Part shown: positions 8,596-18,293 of the stretch, in pieces
Numbering within the stretch: position 1 is the stretch's first letter
How the letters are laid out: every line of letters begins with the position of its first letter
NCBI GenBank assembly: GCA_030595125.1
Contig: JAUVDV010000004.1
Location: 15,907-79,906 of the forward strand
Direction of reading: 5' to 3'
DNA from: Deltaproteobacteria bacterium
Lineage (GTDB): Bacteria; Myxococcota_A; Polyangia; JAAYKL01
DNA length: 64,000 bases
Notes under the pieces: model-generated
What the model was told of the DNA's origin: nothing
The model's database searches: none
The model's input: only the letters and a program-made list of their open reading frames with translations
Program-made: the position numbers and the translations under genes

Positions 8596-10098
8596 TCATT
8601 TGTTCCGTCTATCTTCCGGTTCACGTGGGCGAAAATACCACCATATGAAGAAGGAAACTGCCAGTGTTCCGTATTCGATCCAGGGCACCCACGCGGGAGC
8701 TTCCCACACTCCCCGTAACTGCCATTCGTCAATCGGAAGATACGCCAGAAACAACGTACCGGAGAAGACGGGCCACGGCCAGATACCCCTCAAGGCTGCG
8801 AACGGAAGAACCCAGAGAAGATACCAGGGGTGCACGACGGGGCTGACTATAACGAACGCCGCCATGATCCAGAGGGCCGCGCGCTCCGGATCGAAACGAG
8901 ACCTGTAGGTCCTGGCGATCACCGCAAGAAGGATCGCCGCCGAGATTGCCTTTGCCACAAACAGGGATATGTCCTCCAGCGAAAACGCACCCGGTCTCGA
9001 GGGATCAAAAACGCCGTCCTTGTGAAGGGAAAAGAAGGTTCCCTGAAGCGCTCGGGCCGGAACATCCATAAAGGACAGGTGCACCATTTCTTCTGGCCGC
9101 GATATATTTGCAACTCCCCCGATAATTTGGCCTGCTGCGGCTTTGACCACAGCAAACATCCCGGCGTTTCCTTCCCACCGCCTGAACATGGCATCCGTCG
9201 ATTCCAAGATGTGAGTTCCCGCATCGAGGATGGGAGCAAAGAAAGCCACGAGCAAGACGGGGACGGCTATCCACAGCCATCGATTACGGCGCCCCATGGC
9301 CGGGAGGAGCACCAGCGGAACGAGCTTCGTCGCACACGCAACGGCCAGAAAAAATGAGGACGCGAGGGTTCTGATGCCGGGCCGCGCCAATCCGAAAAGG
9401 TAGACAGCCAAAAGCAAGGGGAGAATGGCAAAGGGCTCCAGGTGACCGGACATGCCCGTCTCGACACAGGCCAGGGGGTTGAATCCGTACACCAACCCTG
9501 CCATCGCCGCTGCCCCCGTGTTCGGGAGCATCTGCCGGCCCTTCCTGCGCCACCAGGCCCCGCCGGCCAGCAAGACGACCAGGAAGGTCACACCTGTATC
9601 GGCGAGTGCACTGGCTAGTTTGAAGGTGGTCGAAAACGACGCGACCCTGCCCAGGCAAAGGAATACCGCCTGCGCGGCGGGCGGATACGGGGTTCGCAGA
9701 TCCCGGTTGTTAATCTGTTTCCAACCATCATCACGAAGGAAGGCCAGCTCCGGATCCGCAGGGGCGTGATCGTAGGGGTTGTATCCCGCGCCTGTGACCT
9801 TCCCATCCCATTCGTAACGATACACATCGTCGCTGAAGACCGGCGGCGCCGCCACTAGCATGAGGCGCATACAAAGGGAGATTGCCAGCACGGGCCAGAT
9901 CCTGATGGGAACGCCGACTCTCGTGACGAGCACTATGAGGGCGATATACGGAATGTGGGAGACCATGGCGAGCGCCGCAAGGTGCGCGACCTGTGTCTCG
10001 GGATCGTGGGAGAGGAAAACGAGCGCTGCGATACAACCAACCTGGCATACCGCCAGGGCTATGGTCCCGGAAACGATGCCACGATCGGAGGAAGACAT
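8596..10098 (-). CDS. GT-C fold integral membrane glycosyltransferase (GT87/DUF2029-like)
   Basis: FSDDVYRYEWDG acidic loop, PYPP, HLEPFAIL, KLVPLVLLP, VHPWYLLW; many TM helices. Confidence 0.8.
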   Translation of the reverse strand: MSSSDRGIVSGTIALAVCQVGCIAALVFLSHDPETQVAHLAALAMVSHIPYIALIVLVTRVGVPIRIWPVLAISLCMRLMLVAAPPVFSDDVYRYEWDGKVTGAGYNPYDHAPADPELAFLRDDGWKQINNRDLRTPYPPAAQAVFLCLGRVASFSTTFKLASALADTGVTFLVVLLAGGAWWRRKGRQMLPNTGAAAMAGLVYGFNPLACVETGMSGHLEPFAILPLLLAVYLFGLARPGIRTLASSFFLAVACATKLVPLVLLPAMGRRNRWLWIAVPVLLVAFFAPILDAGTHILESTDAMFRRWEGNAGMFAVVKAAAGQIIGGVANISRPEEMVHLSFMDVPARALQGTFFSLHKDGVFDPSRPGAFSLEDISLFVAKAISAAILLAVIARTYRSRFDPERAALWIMAAFVIVSPVVHPWYLLWVLPFAALRGIWPWPVFSGTLFLAYLPIDEWQLRGVWEAPAWVPWIEYGTLAVSFFIWWYFRPREPEDRRNK

Positions 10099-10118
10099 TT
10101 CTTTGAGGGGAAGCCGGA

Positions 10119-12845
10119 TTACTGTGACTTGATATTCATCATTCGGAGAACATCGCGCGCAACGGAGGATGCAGGACCCTTCTCGCCCTGAAGCCCCAGG
10201 AGGAAGCCGCGCTCATTTAGGCCCGCGAGAACCTTGGCAGCCAGCTCGCGATACTTCTCGTCGTTGCGAACATCTTGCGCCAGACGGGTGCGAACTTCCA
10301 GAGCAGTGAGTCCGCCCGGAGAAGTACTCCATCCGTTTTTCAGTCGTTGCATGAGGTGCTTCCACGGCCAGAGGATTTCTTCCTTGGAGCCCTCGGTGCG
10401 CTCTGAAATTGCCTTTGCCACCTCCAACCGCTTGTAAACCCGCTTTGTCTCAAAAAGTTTTCCTGTCAGGTATACTGGATGACTCTCGAACCACTCCCGA
10501 ATAACGAGACGCGCTTCTTGACCCTCGAGAATCTCCAGGATCCTGTCGAGCCTGTCCAGGTTGCCGCCAAGGAGAATGGCCAGCACCGCTGCGCGCTGTC
10601 GTCTCTCGTCCGCGTGGTCGAGGAGCTTGTTCAACCGGGGCTCCAGTGCCTTGTCGGCAGCCTCACCCACGACGATGGCTACGGACCTGAGCAACTCACC
10701 GTGACCCTCTCCCTCGAGGATAACCATCATCGCCTCGGTCGCCTTTGCGGACGGGTTATGCCAGAGCCCCTGGATTAGGTTGGCTCGGGCTACAGGATCG
10801 ATGGCCTCATCTGCAACCTTCTCGACGATCTGGTCCATCACTTCTTCATTCGACGTGTACGCCAGGGAGTTTGCAGCCTCCTGCCGAAGCTCCGGATCGT
10901 CGTCCGGATCTAGCACGATGGTCATCAGGGTCTCGCCCACTTTGGCGTCACCCAGATACCTGGTGGCGATGATGGAGTTTCTGCGCTCCTGAAGGCGTCC
11001 TTCCATCTGCCAGTCGCGACTCTCGATGAGCTTGGAGAACTTCTCTTCCTTGCGCTCCTCCTTGGTCATGACCATCATATCGAGGAAATCGTCCACAACA
11101 CCTTCGCACTCGAGGCGCCCGAGGGCCATGGATGCTGCCTGGGAATAGAAGCCCTCGTCCTTCGTGAGGAAGGGTTCGATAAGGCTGCAGAACCGCTGAT
11201 CGCCGGAACGGCCCATGGAGTCCATGAGGGGGCCGATGTCGACCTTGACCCGCTGGGCGCTCTCGGGAGTGTTGGAGTAAGGCTCGTTTGCCTTGTAGAT
11301 ATTCATCAGGTAGTCGCCTGCGCCTTCGGGCTTGATAGCGCCGAACCAGGAGGTCACACCGTTGGCGATCTTGCGCGCCATGTCATCCTGGCGATACCGG
11401 GTCGCCGCGTCCGGAATTCTCTCTTCGCTGACCGGCTCCCACTGGGTCTTCGCGTACATCTTGTCCGCGATGCGCTTGTCCCCGAGTTCCTCGAGAATCC
11501 ACAGGGCCTGATTTCGAATCTGGTCGGCCTCCAACCTGGCCTTGTCGTCCGATCCCGGAAACTTTTCATCCGTGATTTTCAGCAGGAGATCGCACAGACG
11601 GGGATCGCGGAGTTTCTTTATCTTGCCGATGATCTTGTACTTGATGGAAGGATCGTCGGTGTTGTTATACATGATCTCCAGGCCGGGCGCGCCGACGGAT
11701 TGGGTCACCGCAGAGAGGATGGAATCCAACAACTCCGGCGTTGTCTTGATCTTGGCGAGCAACGCCTTGCCCGCACTCTCGTCCGCCGTCCGGCCGAGAG
11801 AAACCGCAGCGGCCTCGGCCACCTTGTTGTTGGGATCCTTGATCAACTCGAGCAGTGCCGGAACCGGGTTCTTGTCCTCACGGAAACCGAGCTCCATGGC
11901 GGCGTACATCTTGAGCATGGCATCGTCCGACTTGGCAAGATCGATGAGCTTGTCGGTGGAACCGACTCGGGCGATGAGATCCGGATCGTAATCGGGGATG
12001 TTCTTGGGATTGACGATTTGCTTGCTGACACCCTCCAGCAAAACCGGAAATCCGCGGTCGTCGCCAAGCATGCACATGGCCCATGCGTGCTTGTACTTTC
12101 GCAGCTTTTCCGTCTTCTGCATCTGTTGGAAGATCGCCTCGGTGCCTTCCTTGGCCTGCGAACCGCCGATCTTCGCGAGGGCCATGGAGGCCTCCTCGCC
12201 GATGACTTCACCCTTCTTTACCGCATCGATTAACAGGCCAACGGCCTTGACGTCCTTCTCAAGGCCGAGGTTGTAAATGATGTCGACCAGAATGTCTTTC
12301 CGATCGCAGTTCTTCAGAATATCCCTGAGCGCCGCCTTGAAGCCCTCATCGTCGCCTTCCTTGACGAGCTTGGTGGCGGCCTCCACCTTGTCCTGCCAGT
12401 TGTCGTAATCGACCTTGTCCATGTACCAGAGAATCCCCACCGCCCCACCGAGCAGAACCATTATGAGAAAAGCGATCAACATGCCTCGGTTGCCGCGACT
12501 CATTTTTTCGTCGGGACCACCAACGTCGTAATCGTCCAGACCCATTTGTGGCGCCTCCGGCACCTGGGGCACCATCGGTGCCTGGGGTGGAACCGGCGCC
12601 TCCGGTACCTGGGCCTCCATCGGTGCCTGGGGTGGAACCGGCGCCTCCGGTACCTGGGCCTCTGCGGGTGCTTGAGGTGCGACCGGCGCCTCCGGTACCT
12701 GGGCCTCTGCGGGTGCTTGAGGTGCGACCGGCGCCTCCGGCGCCTGGTCCTCTACCGGTGCTTGATCTGCAACCGGCGCCTCCGGCGCCTGAGCCTCCCC
12801 CTCTATTTGATCTTCATTAGAGTCGTGACGATTGTCATCATTCAT
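10119..12845 (-). CDS. Membrane-anchored HEAT/PBS-lyase repeat protein with an N-terminal Pro/Glu/Ala repeat region
   Basis: Start at ATG 12845 after an AGGAGGAG SD; TM GMLIAFLIMVLLGGAVGILWY; repeated HEAT units such as AVPALLELIKDPNNKVAEAAAVSLG-type helical pairs. Confidence 0.85.
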   Translation of the reverse strand: MNDDNRHDSNEDQIEGEAQAPEAPVADQAPVEDQAPEAPVAPQAPAEAQVPEAPVAPQAPAEAQVPEAPVPPQAPMEAQVPEAPVPPQAPMVPQVPEAPQMGLDDYDVGGPDEKMSRGNRGMLIAFLIMVLLGGAVGILWYMDKVDYDNWQDKVEAATKLVKEGDDEGFKAALRDILKNCDRKDILVDIIYNLGLEKDVKAVGLLIDAVKKGEVIGEEASMALAKIGGSQAKEGTEAIFQQMQKTEKLRKYKHAWAMCMLGDDRGFPVLLEGVSKQIVNPKNIPDYDPDLIARVGSTDKLIDLAKSDDAMLKMYAAMELGFREDKNPVPALLELIKDPNNKVAEAAAVSLGRTADESAGKALLAKIKTTPELLDSILSAVTQSVGAPGLEIMYNNTDDPSIKYKIIGKIKKLRDPRLCDLLLKITDEKFPGSDDKARLEADQIRNQALWILEELGDKRIADKMYAKTQWEPVSEERIPDAATRYRQDDMARKIANGVTSWFGAIKPEGAGDYLMNIYKANEPYSNTPESAQRVKVDIGPLMDSMGRSGDQRFCSLIEPFLTKDEGFYSQAASMALGRLECEGVVDDFLDMMVMTKEERKEEKFSKLIESRDWQMEGRLQERRNSIIATRYLGDAKVGETLMTIVLDPDDDPELRQEAANSLAYTSNEEVMDQIVEKVADEAIDPVARANLIQGLWHNPSAKATEAMMVILEGEGHGELLRSVAIVVGEAADKALEPRLNKLLDHADERRQRAAVLAILLGGNLDRLDRILEILEGQEARLVIREWFESHPVYLTGKLFETKRVYKRLEVAKAISERTEGSKEEILWPWKHLMQRLKNGWSTSPGGLTALEVRTRLAQDVRNDEKYRELAAKVLAGLNERGFLLGLQGEKGPASSVARDVLRMMNIKSQ
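12550..12790. repeat. 45-bp coding tandem repeat (about VPEAPVAPQAPAEAQ), about 5.3 units
   Basis: Anchor ggcgcctccgg recurs at 12550, 12595, 12640, 12685, 12730 and 12775. Confidence 0.9.
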
Positions 12846-13029
12846 CGCTCGCTCCTCCTGCATTCGGATTTTGGGTAATCTAGCTCAGTTTCCGCTTTGG
12901 AATCAATCGTTGATTTTCATTATCGTTGAAATCATTGGCAGGAGTTCGATGAGCCCACCCGATTTTGAATCGACATTGATAGCAACCTTTTACCGCTGGT
13001 AATTGTCAATTAAGTCGATGGGTTGTGTA

Positions 13030-13058
13030 TTGACCGCTCCCATTTTTCCTGTTACCTT
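13030..13058 (+). promoter_or_regulatory. Putative sigma70 promoter of ihfB/uvrC
   Basis: TTGACC-17 nt-TACCTT with an extended -10 TG, in an AT-rich divergent intergenic region. Confidence 0.6.
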
Positions 13059-13086
13059 TCACCATTCCAAAAACGCGAGGAGCACC

Positions 13087-13395
<309 letters not shown>

Positions 13396-13450
13396 CAAAG
13401 CCGGCCCCCATCACATTCTCCTTTCCCGTAACCATCCGGTCCGAAGATCA

Positions 13451-15292
13451 ATGAAAGAAAAAGATCTCAAGCAGTTGCTCGACGGCCTGCCCGCCTCACC
13501 CGGCGTGTACCTGATGCGAGGCAACCAGGGAAAGATCGTCTACGTCGGAAAAGCGATAAACTTGCGCGCCCGCGTCCGCCAGTACTTTACCCCCGGAACC
13601 ACCGACCCCCGCCATTTCGTCCGCAACCTCCGGCAAAAGCTGACCTCCATCGAAGTGGTTCTGACCACGTCGGAAAAGGAGGCCCTGCTCCTGGAGTACA
13701 ACCTGATCAAGCGTCATTTGCCCCGCTACAACCTGCGGCTGATGGACGACAAGAACTTCCTGTGCCTCAAGCTCGACCTCGACAACGAGTGGCCCACCCT
13801 CGAGATGATCCGCAGGCCGAAAAGAGACGGCGCGATTTACTACGGTCCATTCCCGTCGGCCCGTTCGGCTCGTGAAACGCTCAAGGTCATAAACAGGTAT
13901 TTCAGGCTCCGCTCCTGTTCCAGACGAGCGTTCGCGAATAGGGTGAGGCCATGCCTCCAGCACCAGATTCACAGGTGCCAGGGGCCGTGTGTACTCGAAG
14001 TCAACCACGATGAGTACATGGAACAGCTCAGATATGTTCGGCTTTTCATGGAGGGCAAGAAGGATGATCTCATCGAACAACTGCGAGACCGGATGGCGGC
14101 TGCGGCTGACGAGATGGCGTACGAGCGCGCGGTGATGTATCGGGATCAGATCGCCGCAGTGGAACAAACACTCGCCCCGCAGCGGATCACAGATTTCAAG
14201 GACATCGACCAGGATCTGGTCGGGTTTTACCGGGAGGGGGATCAAGTGCAGGTGGCGGTGCTCGAAGTCCTGAGGGGACGACTCGCCGAAAAACGCGATT
14301 TCTTCTTCAAGGGTCTCGAGTTTCCCGACCACGAGATTATTTCGTCCTTCCTGGTGCAGCGATACACACACGCCATGCGCATCCCTCACGAGGTCATCGT
14401 GTCCCGCCCACTGCCTGATACGGCAGCCCTGAGCGAGCTGCTGACCGAACAACGGGGCGGGGTGGTCCGCGTTATTCACCCCCGGCGGGGGGCGCGGACC
14501 GATCAGATCAAGATGGCCGACCTCAATGCCAGGCAGGAGTTCGAGACCCATACCCGGGACAGGGAAGACATCCGCGAGCGCCTCGAAACGGTGCAGAAAA
14601 AGCTTCGGCTCGCGGCCCTGCCTGAACGAATCGAGTGCGTCGACATCGCCCACCTGGGCGGACGCGACACCGTGGGTGCGTTGAGTGCGGTAATCAATGG
14701 CAAAATTGATGCAAAGGCCGGCAGGATCTTTCGCCTGAAGATAGCAGCGGGCGGGGACGACTACAGGGCCATGGGAGAAGTGCTCACCCGGCGATTTGCT
14801 CGGGCGGCAAAATCCGAGCAGGGATGGGAAGCGCCGGATCTGCTGGTGGTGGACGGTGGGCGTGGACAGCTTTCGATCGCGCGGGCCGTTCTCGAGGAGC
14901 TGGGACTTCCCGAGCAGGAGGTCGTCGCTCTCGCCAAGGATCAGGATGGCTCAGGCGAGTCCACGGGCGACCGGTTGTTCCTTGTCGGGCGGAAGAACCC
15001 CATCCCGCTGCGCGCGCAGACATCATCGCTGCATCTCCTGGCCATGGCCCGGGACGAGGCGCACCGCCTGGCGAATCGATATCAACGCAAGATCCGCTCG
15101 AAACGAACTCTCAGATCGGCTCTCGACGACATACCCGGAGTGGGACCGAAGACCCGGCGTGCGCTGTTGAAAGCGTTTCGCAGCGTGAAGGGCGTTCGAG
15201 GCGCGTCGGTTGAAGAGCTGGTTAAAGTGAAGGGTGTAGGAATCGGCCTCGCGAAGATCATCGCCGACGCGTTGTCGCATCAAGATATGTAG
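13451..15292 (+). CDS. uvrC: Excinuclease ABC subunit C
   Basis: GIY-YIG (PGVYLM...VYVGKA), Cys cluster CLQHQIHRCQGPC, UVR domain, RNase H-like IECVDIAH and PDLLVVDGGRGQ, RDEAHR, HhH LDDIPGVGPK. Confidence 0.97.
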   Translation: MKEKDLKQLLDGLPASPGVYLMRGNQGKIVYVGKAINLRARVRQYFTPGTTDPRHFVRNLRQKLTSIEVVLTTSEKEALLLEYNLIKRHLPRYNLRLMDDKNFLCLKLDLDNEWPTLEMIRRPKRDGAIYYGPFPSARSARETLKVINRYFRLRSCSRRAFANRVRPCLQHQIHRCQGPCVLEVNHDEYMEQLRYVRLFMEGKKDDLIEQLRDRMAAAADEMAYERAVMYRDQIAAVEQTLAPQRITDFKDIDQDLVGFYREGDQVQVAVLEVLRGRLAEKRDFFFKGLEFPDHEIISSFLVQRYTHAMRIPHEVIVSRPLPDTAALSELLTEQRGGVVRVIHPRRGARTDQIKMADLNARQEFETHTRDREDIRERLETVQKKLRLAALPERIECVDIAHLGGRDTVGALSAVINGKIDAKAGRIFRLKIAAGGDDYRAMGEVLTRRFARAAKSEQGWEAPDLLVVDGGRGQLSIARAVLEELGLPEQEVVALAKDQDGSGESTGDRLFLVGRKNPIPLRAQTSSLHLLAMARDEAHRLANRYQRKIRSKRTLRSALDDIPGVGPKTRRALLKAFRSVKGVRGASVEELVKVKGVGIGLAKIIADALSHQDM

Positions 15293-15306
15293 AATGTTCT
15301 CCACAA

Positions 15307-16878
15307 TTGGACTACCTTCAAGTAGTGAAACCTTGCCATCGATCACGCGCTGCTCGGAAGGTGCTGGCGCAGTTGCTCTGTGTCCTCGCCGTTGCCTGTG
15401 GAGAGCGTGCGGACACGGCCGGTTCGGGGACGAAGACCAAAGCAGCCCCGGCGACGGAGCCCGGCGAGAGCACCTCGCAAAGGTTGCCCAACATCGTCTT
15501 GTTCTCGATTGATACTCTGCGCGCGGACCACCTCGGCGCCTATGGGTACAACCGACCCACGTCTCCGAACATCGACGCCTTTGCCAAGGAGGCTGTGCTG
15601 TTCGAGCGGGCGATCAGCCAGGCGCCCACCACCGCGCCCGCTCACATGTCTCTCTTCACGGGCCTGACCCCGGCGGTGCATCGCGTGAGCAACCTTTCCG
15701 AGGGCAAGCCGTTTCCCCTCGACCCGTCGATCCGGACCTTCACCGAGCTACTGCGGGAAGCCGGCTACCACACCGTCGGGCTGCACGGCGGCGGCAACGT
15801 GGACGGCTCTATCGGCTTCGACCGGGGCTTCGACCTCTACTCACCGGAGTACATCTCCTTCAACTGGATGGCGGCCCACAGGTCCGCCGTAGATCTCGAT
15901 GTGATCCGCTCCTGGATCGAGATCTGCAAGAAACGCGGGCGGCCCCTGTTCATGTTCCTGCACCACTACGTGTGCCACTCCCCCTATCTCTCCGCGCCGG
16001 AGTCGTATCGCGACCGCTATCTCCGCGGGCGCTCCGTCGAAGGGCTGCCTGTCGGGGTGCCGGACGAGCGGAAGAACCCGGTTTTGGAGATGATCGACCG
16101 GCAGGTCGCCGGCCAGCGCAAGAAGTTGTTGCGCTGGAACGTCTTTACAACAACGCACGAGACATTCTGGCAGGGCGTCGACCTGGCTCGCCCCGATCAT
16201 CGCGACCACGTCGTGGCACTGTACGACTCCGGTGTGTCTTACTCGGACGCGCTCTTCCACCAGGTGATGGAGATTCTTCGATCCGCGGGCGTGTACGACG
16301 AGACGCTCGTCATCCTGCTCTCCGACCACGGCGAGGAGTTCCACGAGCACGGTGGCCGGGAGCACCGCCAGCTGTTCGTCGAGACCCTGCACGTCCCGCT
16401 GCTGATCAAGTTCCCCGCCGGAGGCAAAGTGAAACCACGGAAGGTGAAGCCGGTCGTTTCCGTGATGGACGCGATGCCCACGCTATTCGACTACCTGGGC
16501 CTGCCGATCCAGATGCCTGTCCAGGGGAGGTCCCTGATGCCGGTGATCCGTGGCGGCGCGCCGGCCCGGCCCGAAGTAGTCAGCTATCCCGATCGGGATT
16601 TCAGCCAGGTGCGCCTCGAAAGCGGCAACTTCGTTTACACCAACTGGCGCAGCGCTGAGGTCGGCGAGTGGCTGTTCGACATGACGGAGGATCCCCTGGA
16701 GCGGCGGAACCTGGCGGCGGATCGACCCGACCTGCTGACCGAAATGCAGGATGCGGCGGTCCGGCGGTTGCGCGAGGACCATGAGTTCGGCGAGCGCGTC
16801 CGTCAGGCAGGCCCCGCAACACCGACCATCGATCCCAAGGTCATCGAAAAACTCAGGGCGCTTGGGTACGTACAGTAG
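15307..16878 (+). CDS. Sulfatase-like (alkaline phosphatase superfamily) lipoprotein, Thr-type
   Basis: SIDTLRADHLG, QAPTTAPAHMSLFTG (T-x-P-x-H where sulfatases have C/S-x-P-x-R), SDHGEEF, LHVPLLIK, C-terminal KLRALGYV; lipobox-like LAVAC. Start uncertain (TTG). Confidence 0.85.
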   Translation: MDYLQVVKPCHRSRAARKVLAQLLCVLAVACGERADTAGSGTKTKAAPATEPGESTSQRLPNIVLFSIDTLRADHLGAYGYNRPTSPNIDAFAKEAVLFERAISQAPTTAPAHMSLFTGLTPAVHRVSNLSEGKPFPLDPSIRTFTELLREAGYHTVGLHGGGNVDGSIGFDRGFDLYSPEYISFNWMAAHRSAVDLDVIRSWIEICKKRGRPLFMFLHHYVCHSPYLSAPESYRDRYLRGRSVEGLPVGVPDERKNPVLEMIDRQVAGQRKKLLRWNVFTTTHETFWQGVDLARPDHRDHVVALYDSGVSYSDALFHQVMEILRSAGVYDETLVILLSDHGEEFHEHGGREHRQLFVETLHVPLLIKFPAGGKVKPRKVKPVVSVMDAMPTLFDYLGLPIQMPVQGRSLMPVIRGGAPARPEVVSYPDRDFSQVRLESGNFVYTNWRSAEVGEWLFDMTEDPLERRNLAADRPDLLTEMQDAAVRRLREDHEFGERVRQAGPATPTIDPKVIEKLRALGYVQ

Positions 16879-18292
16879 GAGGCGGTGCAGGGTTTACGGC
16901 TCGTCCCGCGTCGGTTGAGGCAGGCCGATCGATGTAGCCGAGCGATTGGAGTTGCTTGATCTCCTCGGGGGACAGAGGCTTGTGCTGTGCGGGTGACAGC
17001 TTCACGCGATGCTGTTTGGCCACCCACTGAGCGAGCTTTTTCTTTAACCTTTCGCTCTTGTTCTCTCCTGCTGAGTACAGGTTATTCTTTTCTCCCGGGT
17101 CTTTGCTCAGATCGAAGATCTCGTAGCGTTTTGCTTCGCGGCTGTAGATGATCTTGTCTGCACCCTGTCGCATCATGAATCGAATGTCGAATAGCGAGCG
17201 TCTGGCATTGTAGGACCGGGAGTAGTGCGCGATATGGCTGGTGGTGTCAGTGTGTGAGAACGCCGGTCGGCTCCATGATGATCCGGGACGCCACAGGGCG
17301 CCGAGGCTCGCGCCGCTCTGGGCTCCCCTGGGTGGCGGGATCCCGGCGAGTTTGAGCAGTGTCGGTCCAATGTCGAGGTTCTGAACCACGGTCGTCACGC
17401 GTCTGCCGCGGGGTACCCGCTTCGGATAACGGATGATCAGCGGTACGTGAGTCAGTTCTTCGTAGAGGACCAGCGTGTGCAGCAACCAGCCGTGTTCCTG
17501 GAACGCTTCCCCGTGATCCGAGCCCACGACGACGACCGTCCGGTCCAGATCGCCGCTTCTCTCCAGCTGCTTGAGGACGCGCCCGATGGCGTGATCCGTG
17601 TAGGCGATTTCCCGGTCGTACAGTGTTATCGAGGTCATGAGATCGGCGCTGCGAAGCGGTGTTCCCTCGTTGAGCACGCCGGCGAGGTACACCGTTTGCC
17701 CCAGCCTGGATCGGGGCGGTGTGTCGTCGAACAGCTCATCGAACGGCGCGGGCGCCTCGTAATCGGAATGGACGTCGAAGTAGTGCACCCAGGCGAAGAA
17801 CGGCCGGGTGCGAGGCGCCTTGGCCCACTCGCGCAGCGCGGCGTTGATCCCGGCAGCACGGTCCTCGGGCGGTAGCTCGTCGAAGCGGTCGAAGCCGCGG
17901 TCGAAACCCCGCTGTCGCGAGAGGTAGCCGCCCGACACGAAGGCGGCCGTTTCGTACCCGGCCTCGCGGAAGTGCAGCGCCAGCGTCTGCTGGGTCGGGT
18001 CGAACCGGGAGGTCATGTCGATCATGCCGATCTCGGCGGGGTACCGCGAGGTCAGCAGCGAGGCCATCGAGGGCAGGGTCCACGGCGCCTGGGCCTCCGC
18101 CTGCTCGAACAGCACGCCTTCGGCTGCGAGACTATCGATGTTTGGGCTCGTCGGGCGCTTGTAGCCGTAACAACCAAGGTGGTCCGCGCGGAGCGTGTCG
18201 ACGGTGATCAGGAGGACGTTGGGGCGTTCTTCGGAGCCGCAGCCGGTGAGGGACAGTGCGACGGCGAACACCAGCGAGATGTGACGGGTCAT
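16853..18292 (-). CDS. Second sulfatase-like lipoprotein, Thr-type
   Basis: TVDTLRADHLG, QAPWTLPSMASLLTS, SDHGEAF, THVPLIIR, QLQSLGYI; lipobox LTGC; ATG 18292 lies 1 nt after the upstream stop. Confidence 0.88.
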   Translation of the reverse strand: MTRHISLVFAVALSLTGCGSEERPNVLLITVDTLRADHLGCYGYKRPTSPNIDSLAAEGVLFEQAEAQAPWTLPSMASLLTSRYPAEIGMIDMTSRFDPTQQTLALHFREAGYETAAFVSGGYLSRQRGFDRGFDRFDELPPEDRAAGINAALREWAKAPRTRPFFAWVHYFDVHSDYEAPAPFDELFDDTPPRSRLGQTVYLAGVLNEGTPLRSADLMTSITLYDREIAYTDHAIGRVLKQLERSGDLDRTVVVVGSDHGEAFQEHGWLLHTLVLYEELTHVPLIIRYPKRVPRGRRVTTVVQNLDIGPTLLKLAGIPPPRGAQSGASLGALWRPGSSWSRPAFSHTDTTSHIAHYSRSYNARRSLFDIRFMMRQGADKIIYSREAKRYEIFDLSKDPGEKNNLYSAGENKSERLKKKLAQWVAKQHRVKLSPAQHKPLSPEEIKQLQSLGYIDRPASTDAGRAVNPAPPPTVRTQAP

Positions 18293-18293
18293 C

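Noticed and set aside
12550-12790. Regularly spaced repeats here and at 8230-8349 as a CRISPR array
   Set aside because: The units are contiguous, in frame within proteins, have no unique spacers, and no cas genes are present.
12900-12995. IHF autoregulatory sites upstream of ihfB (AATCAA-tcg-TTGATT; TAGCAACCTTTTA)
   Set aside because: Neither fully matches WATCAANNNNTTR, and AT-rich intergenic DNA gives such partial matches by chance.
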